Shown here piece after piece: positions 63,718-64,000 of a stretch of DNA of 64,000 nt. The notes below the pieces were generated by a model. That model made no database searches. It saw only the letters and a list, made by a program, of their open reading frames with translations, and had not been told where the DNA came from. Each line of letters begins with the position of its first letter. The stretch's first letter is position 1. Location of the stretch: the NCBI GenBank assembly GCA_023301565.1, contig JALZUO010000034.1, positions 3,621-67,620 of the forward strand, given 5' to 3'. The translations under genes were made by a program, and so were the position numbers. This DNA comes from Oligoflexales bacterium (GTDB lineage: Bacteria; Bdellovibrionota_B; Oligoflexia; Oligoflexales; JALZUQ01).

Positions 63718-64000
63718 ATGTTTGGAAAGAAGACAACGTCTAATACGAACGCCGGAGCGCCAACAAGGCCTGCGGTTACACCTAGACGTGGAAACGATAC
63801 AACAGTAACTATTCTTACTACTGGTTGTAACTTTGTTGGTAAACTTTACTGCCAAGGTTCAACAAGAATTGCCGGAGAGATCGACGGAGAAGTTATTTCG
63901 GAAGGTTTGCTCGTAGTCGAGCAGACGGCTTTGATCAAAGGTGACATTACAGCGGACGAAGTTGTGGTTCACGGTAGAGTAGAGGGTTCAATCAAGTCAA
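63718..64000 (+). CDS. Bactofilin-family cytoskeletal protein, 5' portion (runs off the window end)
   Basis: Not in the ORF track because no stop falls inside the window. GAGGAG lies 7 nt before ATG 63718. The translation MFGKK...TILTTGCNFVGKLYCQGSTRIAGEIDGEVISEGLLVVEQTALIKGDITADEVVVHGRVEGSIKS has the bactofilin beta-helix repeat pattern (G.l....l.I.G.v.G.i). Confidence 0.75.
   Translation, partial: MFGKKTTSNTNAGAPTRPAVTPRRGNDTTVTILTTGCNFVGKLYCQGSTRIAGEIDGEVISEGLLVVEQTALIKGDITADEVVVHGRVEGSIKS

Noticed and set aside
63646-63855. 69-aa minus-strand ORF at the window end.
   Set aside because: It is the antisense shadow of the + strand bactofilin gene, which has an RBS and a recognisable family repeat pattern.
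1-64000. Search for CRISPR arrays, IS elements, integrases, prophage genes, rRNA and tRNA.
   Set aside because: No regularly spaced direct repeats, no transposase- or integrase-like translations in the ORF track, and no rRNA- or tRNA-like sequence were seen. The window appears to be core chromosome with at most small insertions.

Overview
This 64-kb window is chromosomal DNA from a Gram-negative, flagellated bacterium. LPS and outer-membrane genes (lpxH-like, lpxC, an LPS-kinase family gene, an OmpA-family porin) and fliA, rodZ-like and bactofilin genes support that. The combination of RNase Y, PlsB and many lipoproteins suggests a Bdellovibrio-like, deltaproteobacterial or Oligoflexia lineage, but this is a low-confidence guess. 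I call about 65 protein-coding genes, most of them housekeeping. They include a lysC 3' end, acpP, rpiB-glyA-nrdR-ribE-ribB(A)-ribH-nusB, dapF, rsgA-plsB, panC, lipB, pyrF, lpxC, dnaK, rny, rpmI-rplT, gloB, ribD, asnS and rplM-rpsI. I found no rRNA, tRNA, CRISPR array, transposase or integrase. The most unusual content is a complete archaeal-type DNA topoisomerase VI operon (B then A subunit, 47.7-50.8 kb). It sits directly downstream of rplT, its B subunit carries a histone-H1-like polylysine tail, and it is preceded by a palindrome overlapping a strong predicted promoter. The second candidate is a TetR-headed, translationally coupled block of three unassignable cytoplasmic proteins (29.2-32.7 kb, one with a divergent crotonase-like segment) that runs into pyrF. 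Smaller observations: a RibBX-type ribBA with a dead GTP cyclohydrolase II domain and ribD displaced about 50 kb away; a class II Fic gene with a palindromic upstream site between lpxC and a short comEC; a fliA/PilZ-like overlapping pair; a sigma-28-like promoter in front of a bactofilin gene; a sphingosine-1-phosphate-lyase-like PLP enzyme; and a coupled acyltransferase/FAD-oxidase/hydrolase trio. All function calls rest on motifs I read from the supplied translations. No database search was run.
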